64,000 nucleotides of DNA from Deltaproteobacteria bacterium (GTDB taxonomy: Bacteria; UBA10199; SPLOWO2-01-44-7), in NCBI GenBank assembly GCA_023265595.1, contig JAHFSU010000007.1:1440-65439 (forward strand). Reading direction: 5' to 3'. The notes under the pieces were generated by a model that worked only from the letters and a program-made list of their open reading frames with translations, did not search any database and was not told the DNA's origin. Position 1 is the first letter of the stretch. Every line of letters begins with the position of its first letter. The position numbers and the translations under genes were made by a program. Below are positions 18,404 through 27,657 of this stretch, one piece after another.

Positions 18404-19866
18404 AGTGACAAAACCGGATTCAAATAGTGAAATGATTTTTGAAATACCGTCTCACCGCCGGCTTTTTTCCCCTCTCTTTTTGGAAACAACCGATCTTCCT
18501 CAAAAGACTTCCACAATGTCAACTGTTGAAGTTGCTTCAACAGCCTCCATGTCTGATCCAAAATCTGTTGTGCCTCTCTGGCTATCTTGCCATAAATATT
18601 CAGGGAAAATTCGTCGGCAAAACTTGTCGTCTCGTCCAGACATTTTTTCGCAAAGGCAATTTCTGTTTCATTGAAGTCACCAAATGCCACAACATCCAGT
18701 TCTGCAAACGAGGCAATCCAATATAAAAATGGGTTCATTCCCTCTTTTTGGAACATCCATAGGGGCGATTGAGAAAAGGCCTCCCGCAATGTCTGGACAA
18801 AAGCCAATTGTGCAAATAGCCCTTTTGTTTTTTCGAGTTTTTCAACAGAAAAATGAAACATCATTTTTTCAAAAGGGATACCTTCTCTTTTCGCCAACTG
18901 TTCATATAAAAGGAGGTTGGCTAAATATTGCGGTGCGGTCATCAGAGCAGTTTCTGAAAAGTTTAAAATAGATGTTTGATGCCGGCTGCACAAAGAGAGG
19001 GCAAAGGAATGATCCACCAAAGAGCGCTTCGGATCCATTTCACCGCGCAAAACAGGACTCCATCCATCCACTAAAAAGGCGTTCGACCGGCGCTGAAGCC
19101 CCAAAACAATCTGCTCGGGAACGTGAAGGCCTTTGGTTTCCAAAACAACGTGCGCCTCTTTGGGATGTTCAGTCAACGGGGCCACATAAAACGAAATTCC
19201 CCGTTTCAGTCCCTCTTCCATTTTGGCAACCATTCTTTTCGGTTTCTCTTCAGGGATGGCAATCGCTATCTGCGTTTGATGGATCGGCTCCTTAAAAAAC
19301 GGGTTCACCTGTTTCCGATGTTCCTCCATTTTTTTCAAAACCTCTTCCGCTACATGTTGTACTTTCTTTTTTATTTCCTGAGGGGGAACGTCCGGAATTT
19401 CATGCCAGCTGATTTTGCCGCGGGCCAACCGTTCGGCCAACTTTTGCGGCTCTTCTTTGAGGCCCAACAGGGCTTTTCCCCACCAATGGGCCGCCCCGAG
19501 ACGGAGTTGGTCTCTTGTCAATTTTTCAACCATGAGACGCGCCCAAGGCTCTCCGCGATGTTCCCCGTCCACGCCCAAAAGCATCAGCGTGGCCGCCTCC
19601 ACGGCCGGCGAGGAATGGCGGTCGATAAACTTGGCGGCAAACGCAACAATATGCTGGGAAAGCTCGTAGCAGTGGTCTAATTTGTCACGGTCGAGATTGA
19701 GTTGACGGGCCAAAGATTCCCCCTTAATAAAAGCGGGTGTTTGTACCTTATCCCATTCGGCCAAGGCAAGCCTTAATCCTCTCTTTGGCACTCCTCTTTT
19801 CACCTCCGGTCTTGGCAAAAAAACAGGCGCAGATTGAAATCCGGGTGGAAGAGCAACCGGAGGCAA
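18379..19866 (-). CDS. lysine 5,6-aminomutase alpha-subunit-like (KamD-like) protein, divergent, no B12-binding partner nearby
   Basis: From memory it is colinear with KamD. N-terminus: LNLD...FI.RH....VEAA..MLLGVDG. C-terminus: GG..V....HYLNP. The start is uncertain because the 5-prime end overlaps the divergent TBDR gene. Confidence 0.4.
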   Translation of the reverse strand: MPPVALPPGFQSAPVFLPRPEVKRGVPKRGLRLALAEWDKVQTPAFIKGESLARQLNLDRDKLDHCYELSQHIVAFAAKFIDRHSSPAVEAATLMLLGVDGEHRGEPWARLMVEKLTRDQLRLGAAHWWGKALLGLKEEPQKLAERLARGKISWHEIPDVPPQEIKKKVQHVAEEVLKKMEEHRKQVNPFFKEPIHQTQIAIAIPEEKPKRMVAKMEEGLKRGISFYVAPLTEHPKEAHVVLETKGLHVPEQIVLGLQRRSNAFLVDGWSPVLRGEMDPKRSLVDHSFALSLCSRHQTSILNFSETALMTAPQYLANLLLYEQLAKREGIPFEKMMFHFSVEKLEKTKGLFAQLAFVQTLREAFSQSPLWMFQKEGMNPFLYWIASFAELDVVAFGDFNETEIAFAKKCLDETTSFADEFSLNIYGKIAREAQQILDQTWRLLKQLQQLTLWKSFEEDRLFPKREGKKAGGETVFQKSFHYLNPVLSLCQVSESY

Positions 19867-21737
19867 AACTGACGACCACCGCGGCGGCGGAAGTGATCCT
19901 CCCGAAAAAAATTACCGGATTTGCGCAGACAATCACCGAAGTTTTGGAGCGAGCGGCCGGTATTCATCTCTCTTCTTACGGCGGTCTTGACGATTTTTCG
20001 GCGATTTCTATTCGCGGCTCGACCAGCGATCAGGTTTTGATTTATCTTGACGGTGTTTTACTCAATTCGGCGCAGGGACAAACTGTCGATCTCTCATTTA
20101 TCCCGCTCGATAATGTCGATCGGATTGAAATTTATCGGGGCGGTTCACCCGGAAAAATGGTCGATTCCACACCGGGCGGTGTGATCGCCATTTATACAAA
20201 AGGAAAGCCGGAAAAGACCGAAAATCTCCTGCGTAATTCTCTCGGCTCTTATTATACCTATCGCGGCCATCTACAACGGACGGAGGCGTTGAACAATTTT
20301 TATTATCTCGGCTCCTTCGATTATTTCCGAAGTCGCGGCAATTTCCCTTACGTAGCCGATCAGGGGACAAGAAACAATACCAGCGATGATCAGACCATCG
20401 ACCGGGCCAACAACAATTTTGCCGCTTATGATTTTACCGGCATCGCGGGCAATGAAAATAAAACCGATCTGAATTGGAAAATGTTTGAAAACTTTTTCTA
20501 CAAGGAAGAAGGGGTTGCCGGTTTGGGTTCGCAGATTGTGACCGATACGAGTTTAAAAACGATCAAAAATTTCTTGCATGGAAAATTGGGCGATCCCCAT
20601 TCCCCTTCTTCTTTTAAATGGGAAGGGGATCTCTTTTTCGATTATCTCAAAAGCCGGTTTCAAGACCCCAAGGGAGAAATAGGGTTGGGGGTTCAAAATA
20701 ATAATGATACAACAATCCGGCTCGGCCCCGAGTTTCACTGGAATACCCTTTTGGCGCAAAACCAGATTTTGAACGGTTTTCTAGCCTATCGAACCGAAAA
20801 TTTTTGGCCGACTAATTATGCGGCCAATCCCGCCAGCGGGCCGATGAGCCAAAGGCAGATGGTGGGTGTCGGCCTTGAAGATGAGATCGGATTGTTTGGC
20901 GAAAAATTAGCGCTCGATCCTTCTCTTCGATTTCAGACATTTTTTAATTCTTTAAGCGGCAGCGACCCGTCGATCACGCCGGCCGTTCCGAATAACAACT
21001 CCATCAATAACGAGCTCTCCGGAAAATTAGGAATCAAATGGAGTCCGCTTTATTTTGTAACGCTCAAAGGAAATGTTTATCGCGGTTTTCGTCAACCGAC
21101 TTTCGGTGAACTCTTTGGCGATCGCGGAAATATCGTCGGCAATCCCTCATTGGTGCCGGAAAAGGGATTGAATTTTGACCTCGGCGCCGCAACGCGAGGG
21201 AGCGATGTTGGCTTCATCAACACGTTTCATCTCGAGGCAACCACTTTTCGTCAAATGACCGATAATTTGATCCAGTTTGTGCAGACTTCACAATTTACGA
21301 TACGGGCGCAAAACGCGACCAGAGCGCTTATTTGGGGAGTGGAGGTCGCCGCAAGCATGCGCCTTTTTGAACAGTTCAAATGGAGCGGCAATTATGTCTA
21401 TCAAATCGCCAAAGACGATTCCGACAGATCCCCCACACGCGGCAATTTTTTGCCGGGACGTCCCAAACACCAGATTTATGCCGAAGCCGAATATCAGTAC
21501 CGTTATTTCACGCCGTTTGTGCAGCTCAATTTTTTAAGCGACAACTTTCTCGACTCCCAAAATTTGCTCAAAGTCAATCACCGAACATTGCTCGCAGCCG
21601 GCTTCAAAACAAATCCTTTAAAATGGATGCAATTTCTCTTCACGACGAAAAACTTGCTAAATGAACGGGTTGCCGATATTGCGGGCTTCCCGCTCCCCGG
21701 AAGATCGTATTGGGGGGAATTGGAATTAAAGTTATGA
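19737..21737 (+). CDS. TonB-dependent receptor
   Basis: Signal peptide, plug (ISIRGSTSDQVLIYLDGVLLN, IEIYRGGSPG), long beta-barrel and C-terminal ...GRSYWGELELKL. GTG start. Confidence 0.9.
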   Translation: MFVPYPIRPRQALILSLALLFSPPVLAKKQAQIEIRVEEQPEAKLTTTAAAEVILPKKITGFAQTITEVLERAAGIHLSSYGGLDDFSAISIRGSTSDQVLIYLDGVLLNSAQGQTVDLSFIPLDNVDRIEIYRGGSPGKMVDSTPGGVIAIYTKGKPEKTENLLRNSLGSYYTYRGHLQRTEALNNFYYLGSFDYFRSRGNFPYVADQGTRNNTSDDQTIDRANNNFAAYDFTGIAGNENKTDLNWKMFENFFYKEEGVAGLGSQIVTDTSLKTIKNFLHGKLGDPHSPSSFKWEGDLFFDYLKSRFQDPKGEIGLGVQNNNDTTIRLGPEFHWNTLLAQNQILNGFLAYRTENFWPTNYAANPASGPMSQRQMVGVGLEDEIGLFGEKLALDPSLRFQTFFNSLSGSDPSITPAVPNNNSINNELSGKLGIKWSPLYFVTLKGNVYRGFRQPTFGELFGDRGNIVGNPSLVPEKGLNFDLGAATRGSDVGFINTFHLEATTFRQMTDNLIQFVQTSQFTIRAQNATRALIWGVEVAASMRLFEQFKWSGNYVYQIAKDDSDRSPTRGNFLPGRPKHQIYAEAEYQYRYFTPFVQLNFLSDNFLDSQNLLKVNHRTLLAAGFKTNPLKWMQFLFTTKNLLNERVADIAGFPLPGRSYWGELELKL

Positions 21738-22981
21738 AAAAAAAATGTTGTCATTGCGAGCTCCGAAGGGGCGAAGCAATCCCCGTTAAACGCTGGATTG
21801 CTTCGTCCTGCTTCGCTGTGCTCGCAGTCCTCGCAATGACAATCGGCTGTGGCAGTGGCGCCGTCATCGAACAGATCAATCCGACACCCTCTCCTGAGGA
21901 TGGCACCAGTCTCAACTTATCACCGCAAGAGCAAATTTATGTCGCCGCCGCCGGTTCTACCGACACGGTGGGGAGCATTGCAACCGTCGGCATCAATAAT
22001 CCACGACCGATTCAAAAGAAAAAGGCCGTCACCGATGGGAGCGATGTTGTCTTAAAAAGTTTTGACGGCAAACTCTTTGTCATCAACCGTTATGGAACCG
22101 ACACGATTCAGGTCATCGACCCGGCGACATTTAAAATTATCGGAAATTATTCGGTAGGGAGTCTCAGCAACCCGCAAGATCTCGTGGTGGCAAACGGCAA
22201 AGCCTTTATTACAAGGCTTGATGCCCACCTCGATAAAAAAAATAGCGACGACCTCTTGATTGTGAACCCGCTCACCGGCAGCAAAATTGCGAGCATCGAT
22301 CTGAAGCCGTACACCACAAATGACGGCTTTCGATTTGCGCGGGCGGTCGGCATGGTTTTGGTCGGCGACGACCTTTATGTGTTGATACAAGATCTCGGCA
22401 GCGGGCTTAATACTTTTGAAATTTTTGAAGCAAACACAAACGGGAAAGTGGCTGTCATCGACACAAAAAACAATTCCGTATCCAAAATCATTCCGCTGAC
22501 CGGACGCAATCCGGCCGGCATTGTTTATAATGATGTATTGAAAAAAATCTTCATAACCGACACCGGTGTTTTTATCTCATCGACCAACAGTGTCGATATC
22601 AATACGCCTTATGGCGGCATTGAAGTCATCGACACCGCGACCAACACAAGTCTCGGCATTTTGATCGATGACAAAGATTTTGGAGGCTATCTGGATGTCC
22701 CGATCCGGCTGCTCAATGAAAATGTCGGCCTTGTGACTTTGGGCGGAGCGATTGTCGCCTCATTTAATCCGACCACATTGCAAATTCTCAACAAAAATCT
22801 CTACACCAGTTCGGGAGGCTATCTCCCCGATCTGACGATTGATAAAAACGGACTTCTCTGGGTACCGGAACGGGATCTCAAGGGCTCCGGCCTGATTCTG
22901 ATCGATCCTCAAACCGGCGCCAAAATCGGCGGCCCTTACGAAGTCGGCTCCCTTCCGGCCGCGATGACGCTGATTCGTTAG
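21734..22981 (+). CDS. YncE/YVTN-like beta-propeller lipoprotein
   Basis: The ATG overlaps the TBDR stop (ATGA). Lipobox-like AMTIGC. Repeated ...G..P.G(I/L)V... blade-like segments. Codons 6-36 are a family-1 MITE. Confidence 0.6.
   Translation: MKKKCCHCELRRGEAIPVKRWIASSCFAVLAVLAMTIGCGSGAVIEQINPTPSPEDGTSLNLSPQEQIYVAAAGSTDTVGSIATVGINNPRPIQKKKAVTDGSDVVLKSFDGKLFVINRYGTDTIQVIDPATFKIIGNYSVGSLSNPQDLVVANGKAFITRLDAHLDKKNSDDLLIVNPLTGSKIASIDLKPYTTNDGFRFARAVGMVLVGDDLYVLIQDLGSGLNTFEIFEANTNGKVAVIDTKNNSVSKIIPLTGRNPAGIVYNDVLKKIFITDTGVFISSTNSVDINTPYGGIEVIDTATNTSLGILIDDKDFGGYLDVPIRLLNENVGLVTLGGAIVASFNPTTLQILNKNLYTSSGGYLPDLTIDKNGLLWVPERDLKGSGLILIDPQTGAKIGGPYEVGSLPAAMTLIR
21749..21841. mobile_element. MITE-like palindrome, family 1, in frame in a signal peptide
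   Basis: 93 bp (31 codons) running tgtcattgcgag...cctcgcaatgaca. Confidence 0.85.
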
Positions 22982-23020
22982 AAGATTGTTGACAAACTCC
23001 GTTCATTTTTAAGCATTTTG

Positions 23021-23536
23021 TCAAAATTGTTTTTCATACAGGACACGGCAGGTTGTTTTTACCGGCTTTACTAAATCACAAGTCAGATTGATAACGATGC
23101 TGCTCCCGCTGAAACTGGCCTCGCCGTCGCATCCGATATCGACTTTGGAATCGACGACATCAAAAAAGAGATTGCCGTCTTCATAAGTGGCGGTGATCTG
23201 TTTGGTGGCCATCGAATAGCTCATGAAATTCGACAAAATAATCTGATTCGATTTGGAACCGGCCGCAATGCTTTTGACCGCATTGAAGTCGGACTGGCAG
23301 GAAGGAATGCTATCCGATGCGGGTGCACTTGGCGCACTCCCCCCGCTGCCTCCACTGACATTGGCAGAGGGAAGCTCTCCATAATTTCCCAAAAGCTGTG
23401 CTGTGGAAGGGTTCTCTTCTTTTGAACTGGGCATAGCGCTTTGACTTGTCGGATTGCCCACATCGGTGATTGGATTTTGGCAACCGGTCAGCAAAAAAAG
23501 AATTGCCACCAGACAAAATCCCCACTTCTTTTTCAT
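23021..23536 (-). CDS. lipoprotein, hypothetical
   Basis: MKKKWGFCLVAILFLLTGC lipobox. Confidence 0.65.
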   Translation of the reverse strand: MKKKWGFCLVAILFLLTGCQNPITDVGNPTSQSAMPSSKEENPSTAQLLGNYGELPSANVSGGSGGSAPSAPASDSIPSCQSDFNAVKSIAAGSKSNQIILSNFMSYSMATKQITATYEDGNLFFDVVDSKVDIGCDGEASFSGSSIVINLTCDLVKPVKTTCRVLYEKQF

Positions 23537-23551
23537 AAAATCACTCCTGTT

Positions 23552-25540
23552 TTATTGAGACCATACCACAGACTTGACCTCCGTTAAAGAACTATCCAGC
23601 TTATGAATGCCGACTCCATCGTTCCGATAAGTCACCAAGGCTTTGGTATCCTCATCGCCGATCAAGATGCTTCTCCGAATCGTGTTATCATAAGAAGAGC
23701 GATACCATGGAGAATCCTCTCCCGGATCAAGATTGTTGAGTTTGAAAATCCCGATCGACTCAAATCCTTTTTCATTGGAGATTTTATAGAGATGGATTCC
23801 ATTATATTGAAAGCGGCCATAATTCCCGCCGCCTTGAGTCTCACTGAAAAAACTGACGGGAATTGCCAACAAACGATGCGAAAGATCAAAAGTAAAGGCA
23901 TGGTGATCATAGGCCGCCTCGGAACCGGAGCCCCTGCCGCCGATCACAAGAGAGTGGAGCTCTTTCGGCGCATTGGCATTGCTCACATCAAAAAGAGACA
24001 ATTTGAGTCCCTGAAACCAAGCAAAGGTGCCGCGATCATCGGCATCTTTTCCGAGTCCAATCAGTTGAGATTCCTCCACAGGATGAAGGTATGTGGAAAA
24101 CCCGGGAACTTTAAGCTCGCCGGCAACTGTCGGATGTTTGGGGTCGGCAAGATCCAATACGAACAACGGATCGATTTTTTTGAAGGTAACAACATAACCT
24201 TTGGACCCTATAAATCGGACGGCATAGAGATCTTCATCGAGGCCGATATCTTCTATTTTTCCCAAAATATCGAGAGAGCTTTTTTTGACATCCAGTGTAA
24301 AAACCTGACTTTGATGCCAATTCGTTGTCACCACCCGCAAGACATCTTTATATTCTCCCATGGCAAATTGATTTAAGAGACGCCCTTCCAGTTGGTTGCT
24401 TCCGGTGTAAACGGGATCTTTGGCTAAATCAAACCGATGGATTTGGGTCCTGTCCCATTCCGAATTGGCGACATACAAGGCGCCGGAAGAGGCATAGATA
24501 ACGGTCCCGGACCCCAGCAACATGGTTTGGCGCGGTTCAGCCCATTTTTCACCATCCAGAGTCACCACATGGATCATCTCATCGAAGAGGCTGTCGTTAT
24601 AATAGCATTGGGCTCTTTGGGATCGCAGAAGATCGACATGGGATACGGGCCAGACGGAGGAAAAATCGTATTCTTCAATCGTCTTTTTCTTCTCCGCGCG
24701 GATCGCTTCCAATTTCTCTTGATAGGCTGCCACTTTGACAGGGGTATCGGATCCGTCGCATTTTGGGACTAAATTGCTATCGACGTCATACTGAAAAAAA
24801 CCGCTCTTTATGGGTGCGTTAAAAACAAGATGAATTTTTTTACCGATTCGTCTTTCGCCGATGAGATTTCCCGCATAATAAGATTCGCTGATTTTTTTGG
24901 GATGCTTGACATCGCTTACATCCACAACAGTGACTTTTGTCAAACGTGCAACGGTTTCTGAAAGGACCACCACCGCTTTTTCCATTAGAAAAAGAGCTCG
25001 GGGGCGGCTTTCTATTGTGAGACTCCCCTTTTCCTCAAATTGATTTAACGGCCAAACTTGGGTGATTTTTAATTGATCGCCATGGAGCGAGTAGGTGTAG
25101 CGCCCGTCGGTTTTAATGAGATCGGCTTCATCGACATCGGCCTCCTGGCGGTTGGTATCGGTAAAAAATCCGGCTTCGGTTATAATCGGAGAGGCATCAT
25201 CGGCTGAAGGGGCAACGCCGGAGGGACTCGCCACGCTGGGCATCGAGACGCCGACATTGTTCAGGGGAGTAACTCTGGAGGGAAGTTGTTTTTGAAAAAC
25301 ATTTTCACAATATTTTTTATTAAAATCGATAACGGCATCTAGCTGAACAAGGTAAGCCTTTTTCAGATGCGTCGTCAGTTCTTCAACGCTTGTTGTCTGT
25401 TTTAATATGGCGGAGCGGTTTGTAGGGATGGGCTCCACCAACATGAATTTTTCATTACGAGGTCTCTCGAGTTTTCCCCCCTCCGAACAACCGAACAAGG
25501 TAAGTCCCAGCAAAACCGGGACAATATTTTTGATCTGCAT
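23552..25540 (-). CDS. secreted beta-propeller-domain lipoprotein (Beta_propel/PF09826-like)
   Basis: LGLTLFGC lipobox. The C-terminal region DPLFVLDLADPKHPTVAGELKVPGFSTYLHP...LKLSLFDVSN is typical of this family. Confidence 0.65.
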   Translation of the reverse strand: MQIKNIVPVLLGLTLFGCSEGGKLERPRNEKFMLVEPIPTNRSAILKQTTSVEELTTHLKKAYLVQLDAVIDFNKKYCENVFQKQLPSRVTPLNNVGVSMPSVASPSGVAPSADDASPIITEAGFFTDTNRQEADVDEADLIKTDGRYTYSLHGDQLKITQVWPLNQFEEKGSLTIESRPRALFLMEKAVVVLSETVARLTKVTVVDVSDVKHPKKISESYYAGNLIGERRIGKKIHLVFNAPIKSGFFQYDVDSNLVPKCDGSDTPVKVAAYQEKLEAIRAEKKKTIEEYDFSSVWPVSHVDLLRSQRAQCYYNDSLFDEMIHVVTLDGEKWAEPRQTMLLGSGTVIYASSGALYVANSEWDRTQIHRFDLAKDPVYTGSNQLEGRLLNQFAMGEYKDVLRVVTTNWHQSQVFTLDVKKSSLDILGKIEDIGLDEDLYAVRFIGSKGYVVTFKKIDPLFVLDLADPKHPTVAGELKVPGFSTYLHPVEESQLIGLGKDADDRGTFAWFQGLKLSLFDVSNANAPKELHSLVIGGRGSGSEAAYDHHAFTFDLSHRLLAIPVSFFSETQGGGNYGRFQYNGIHLYKISNEKGFESIGIFKLNNLDPGEDSPWYRSSYDNTIRRSILIGDEDTKALVTYRNDGVGIHKLDSSLTEVKSVVWSQ

Positions 25541-25563
25541 ACATCATTCCTTTCTTCCCCCCC

Positions 25564-26400
25564 TTATTCTCCGTTCCCTTTTTTGGTTAATGAAAATAAC
25601 TGCACATTGAGCTGATAGACTTTTTCCGGCTCCGATTTTTTCCCGTCCTGCATCAGGGCATTCACGATGCTCTTTCTAAAATCGCGGATCATCTCTTTTA
25701 GTTTTTGGAATTCTGTTTCGCTGATGGCCATTGTCATGGCGGCAAATTCACGCTCCGCCGCCTTTTGCTTGAGGGATTCTTTGGCCAAATCGATCAGTTG
25801 TTCATGATAGGAAAAGGCGGCCAGCGATCTGGCCTCTTCGCCTGTTGTCAACGCTTTGTGGGCCGGCTTTAATTTTCGATTCGAGTCCCGCGCCAAGAGG
25901 CCGATACGCAAGAGACAATCGAACGTCGCCACAACCTCTTTAATAGAGACTCTATTTTGCAAACGGTCGACAATCCATTCCGGATTCTCTTTAAAATCGG
26001 AAAAGTGGCTCAATTCCAAAATGGCCGGATAATACCAGTGGGAGAGATATTCATACTGCTCTTTTTCTAATTCATGGGCATCGCGATATTCCGAACAATT
26101 GAGAATCTCCTGATAATATTGCTGGCGGCGATTGGCATCGGCGGTCTGATTATAATGAACCAGCAATTCAAAAAACCGCCTTTCTTTTCTTCCCAATTTA
26201 AAAACTTCCGCAAATTTATGGATGCTTTCTTCGGAAAGATTCCGTTTGCCGTCGATCACCAGCTTCAAAAAATTAGGAGAGGTAAACCCGGCCTTTTTGG
26301 CAAAGTAGCGGTAAGAAAAAGAGGGTTGGCTGTTTTTGAGCTCTATGACCATATCTTTTAAAAACTCTCTATAATTAGAATACGCATATATTATCTTCAT
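25564..26400 (-). CDS. TIGR02147/DUF4423 family protein
   Basis: YREFLKD...FSYRYFAKKAGFTSPNFLKLVIDGKRNLS matches my recollection of the family N-terminus. Confidence 0.6.
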   Translation of the reverse strand: MKIIYAYSNYREFLKDMVIELKNSQPSFSYRYFAKKAGFTSPNFLKLVIDGKRNLSEESIHKFAEVFKLGRKERRFFELLVHYNQTADANRRQQYYQEILNCSEYRDAHELEKEQYEYLSHWYYPAILELSHFSDFKENPEWIVDRLQNRVSIKEVVATFDCLLRIGLLARDSNRKLKPAHKALTTGEEARSLAAFSYHEQLIDLAKESLKQKAAEREFAAMTMAISETEFQKLKEMIRDFRKSIVNALMQDGKKSEPEKVYQLNVQLFSLTKKGNGE

Positions 26401-26474
26401 TCCTAAATTCCCCCTGTTTCTATAGTTATTTTCGTCTTTAATAATCCTAAAGTTGCTTTATTTTTACTATTTTC

Positions 26475-26491
26475 GTATTCTAATAGAATAC
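26475..26491. promoter_or_regulatory. perfect 17-bp palindrome GTATTCTA-A-TAGAATAC in a divergent intergenic region
   Basis: Lies between the starts at 26400 (-) and 26554 (+). Candidate operator. Confidence 0.3.
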
Positions 26492-26553
26492 ACCCAATAT
26501 GCAATTGCTTTCATAATTTAAGGATGTTAAGGGTCCTTTAAGGAGATTCATAT

Positions 26554-27075
26554 ATGAAAAATCTACTGATTCTTTTGGCCGTGCTCGGTCGTTTTCTTCC
26601 GCATCCTTCTAATGTCACACCGGTTGGGGCCGTATCCTTGGTGGGAGGGGCCAAACTCGATAAAATCTGGAGATGGGCTGTGCCGTTTATAGCACTTGCC
26701 CTAAGCGATTATTTATTGGGAATTTTCAAAGGAGTCACACCGTGGAGTATTGTAACTCCTTTTATATATGGCGCGTTTGCGATCAATATTTTTTTGGGCC
26801 GCTTTATTAAAGGAGATCATCGTTATTTGAAATTGGGCGGATTGAGCCTTGTCGCCAGCCTGCAATTTTTTCTCATCAGTAATTTTGGCGTCTGGGCGGA
26901 AGGGGTGCTTTATCCTAAAACGGCCGCCGGGATTGTCCAATGTTACACGATGGCTTTACCCTTTTTGACGAATACACTTTTTGGGGATCTGGTTTGGTCT
27001 TTGGCTCTCTTCACCATTATTGAAAGGGCTGCCCAATGGGTACAAAAAAGATCCTTGCAAAGCGTCCATTCTTAA
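26554..27075 (+). CDS. integral membrane protein, DUF6580-like putative transporter
   Basis: RFLPHPSNVTPVGAVSLVGGA N-terminus and about 5 TM segments. AGGAG SD. Confidence 0.5.
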   Translation: MKNLLILLAVLGRFLPHPSNVTPVGAVSLVGGAKLDKIWRWAVPFIALALSDYLLGIFKGVTPWSIVTPFIYGAFAINIFLGRFIKGDHRYLKLGGLSLVASLQFFLISNFGVWAEGVLYPKTAAGIVQCYTMALPFLTNTLFGDLVWSLALFTIIERAAQWVQKRSLQSVHS

Positions 27076-27611
27076 AAAAGTCTCTTGTTCTCTCCCTTTT
27101 GATTCATATGACTTTGCTGTTTCTCCTTGTCTGGGGATTTTGGGATTTCATAGAGCGCCCGGCCGGTTCCGGAGAAAGTTTTGTGGCGGTGTCGTTGGTT
27201 GGTTCAGAGGAATCTGCCATTGCGAGGACGAGCCTGTCGCAGCCGAATCAATCCCTGCTCTTAGATAAAGAAATGGCCGTATCGCCCCAACAACAGGGGC
27301 TCCTCGCAATGACAAACCGTGATGGAGGTGAAGGGGGTACCTCCGAAACTTTGCGGCAGATTCGTTCCAAAATTGAGCGCTCCAAATATTATCCGCTTTC
27401 GGCAAAACGCCAAAATATTGAAGGGGCCCCGATCGTTGAATTTAAAATCGCCAACAACGGCTCTGTAGAATATGTAAAACTCTCTCAAACTTCCGGCTCC
27501 GAGCTTTTGGACAATGCGGCACAAGAGACGGTCAAAAAAGCAGGCCCTTATCCTTTTTATCCCAGCCCGATCTCCTTAAGTCTCAATTATGCCTTGAGCG
27601 GAAAACCTTAA
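27036..27611 (+). CDS. tonB: TonB-family energy transducer
   Basis: N-terminal TM anchor and C-terminal TonB domain (YPLSAKRQNIEGAPIVEFKI...G.V..VKL..SSG...LD.AA). A degenerate MITE lies in the linker. Confidence 0.8.
   Translation: MGTKKILAKRPFLKKSLVLSLLIHMTLLFLLVWGFWDFIERPAGSGESFVAVSLVGSEESAIARTSLSQPNQSLLLDKEMAVSPQQQGLLAMTNRDGGEGGTSETLRQIRSKIERSKYYPLSAKRQNIEGAPIVEFKIANNGSVEYVKLSQTSGSELLDNAAQETVKKAGPYPFYPSPISLSLNYALSGKP
27215..27314. mobile_element. degenerate family-1 MITE inside the tonB linker
   Basis: Runs tgccattgcgagg...ctcctcgcaatgaca. Translated as AIARTSLSQ...QQQGLLAMT. Confidence 0.6.
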
Positions 27612-27649
27612 CCCCCTCTCCCTAACCCTCTTCCTCACGGGGAGAGGGA
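27612..27649. repeat. GC-rich palindromic element, family 3
   Basis: ccccctctccctaaccctcttcctcacggggagaggga, between convergent genes. Confidence 0.8.
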
Positions 27650-27657
27650 ATTATGCT

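Noticed and set aside
19680-19866. Cobalamin riboswitch upstream of the TonB-dependent receptor, and upstream of the DUF6580 gene at 26401-26553
   Set aside because: No B12-box-like sequence or extended structured leader is present. The TBDR upstream region is occupied by the divergent coding sequence.
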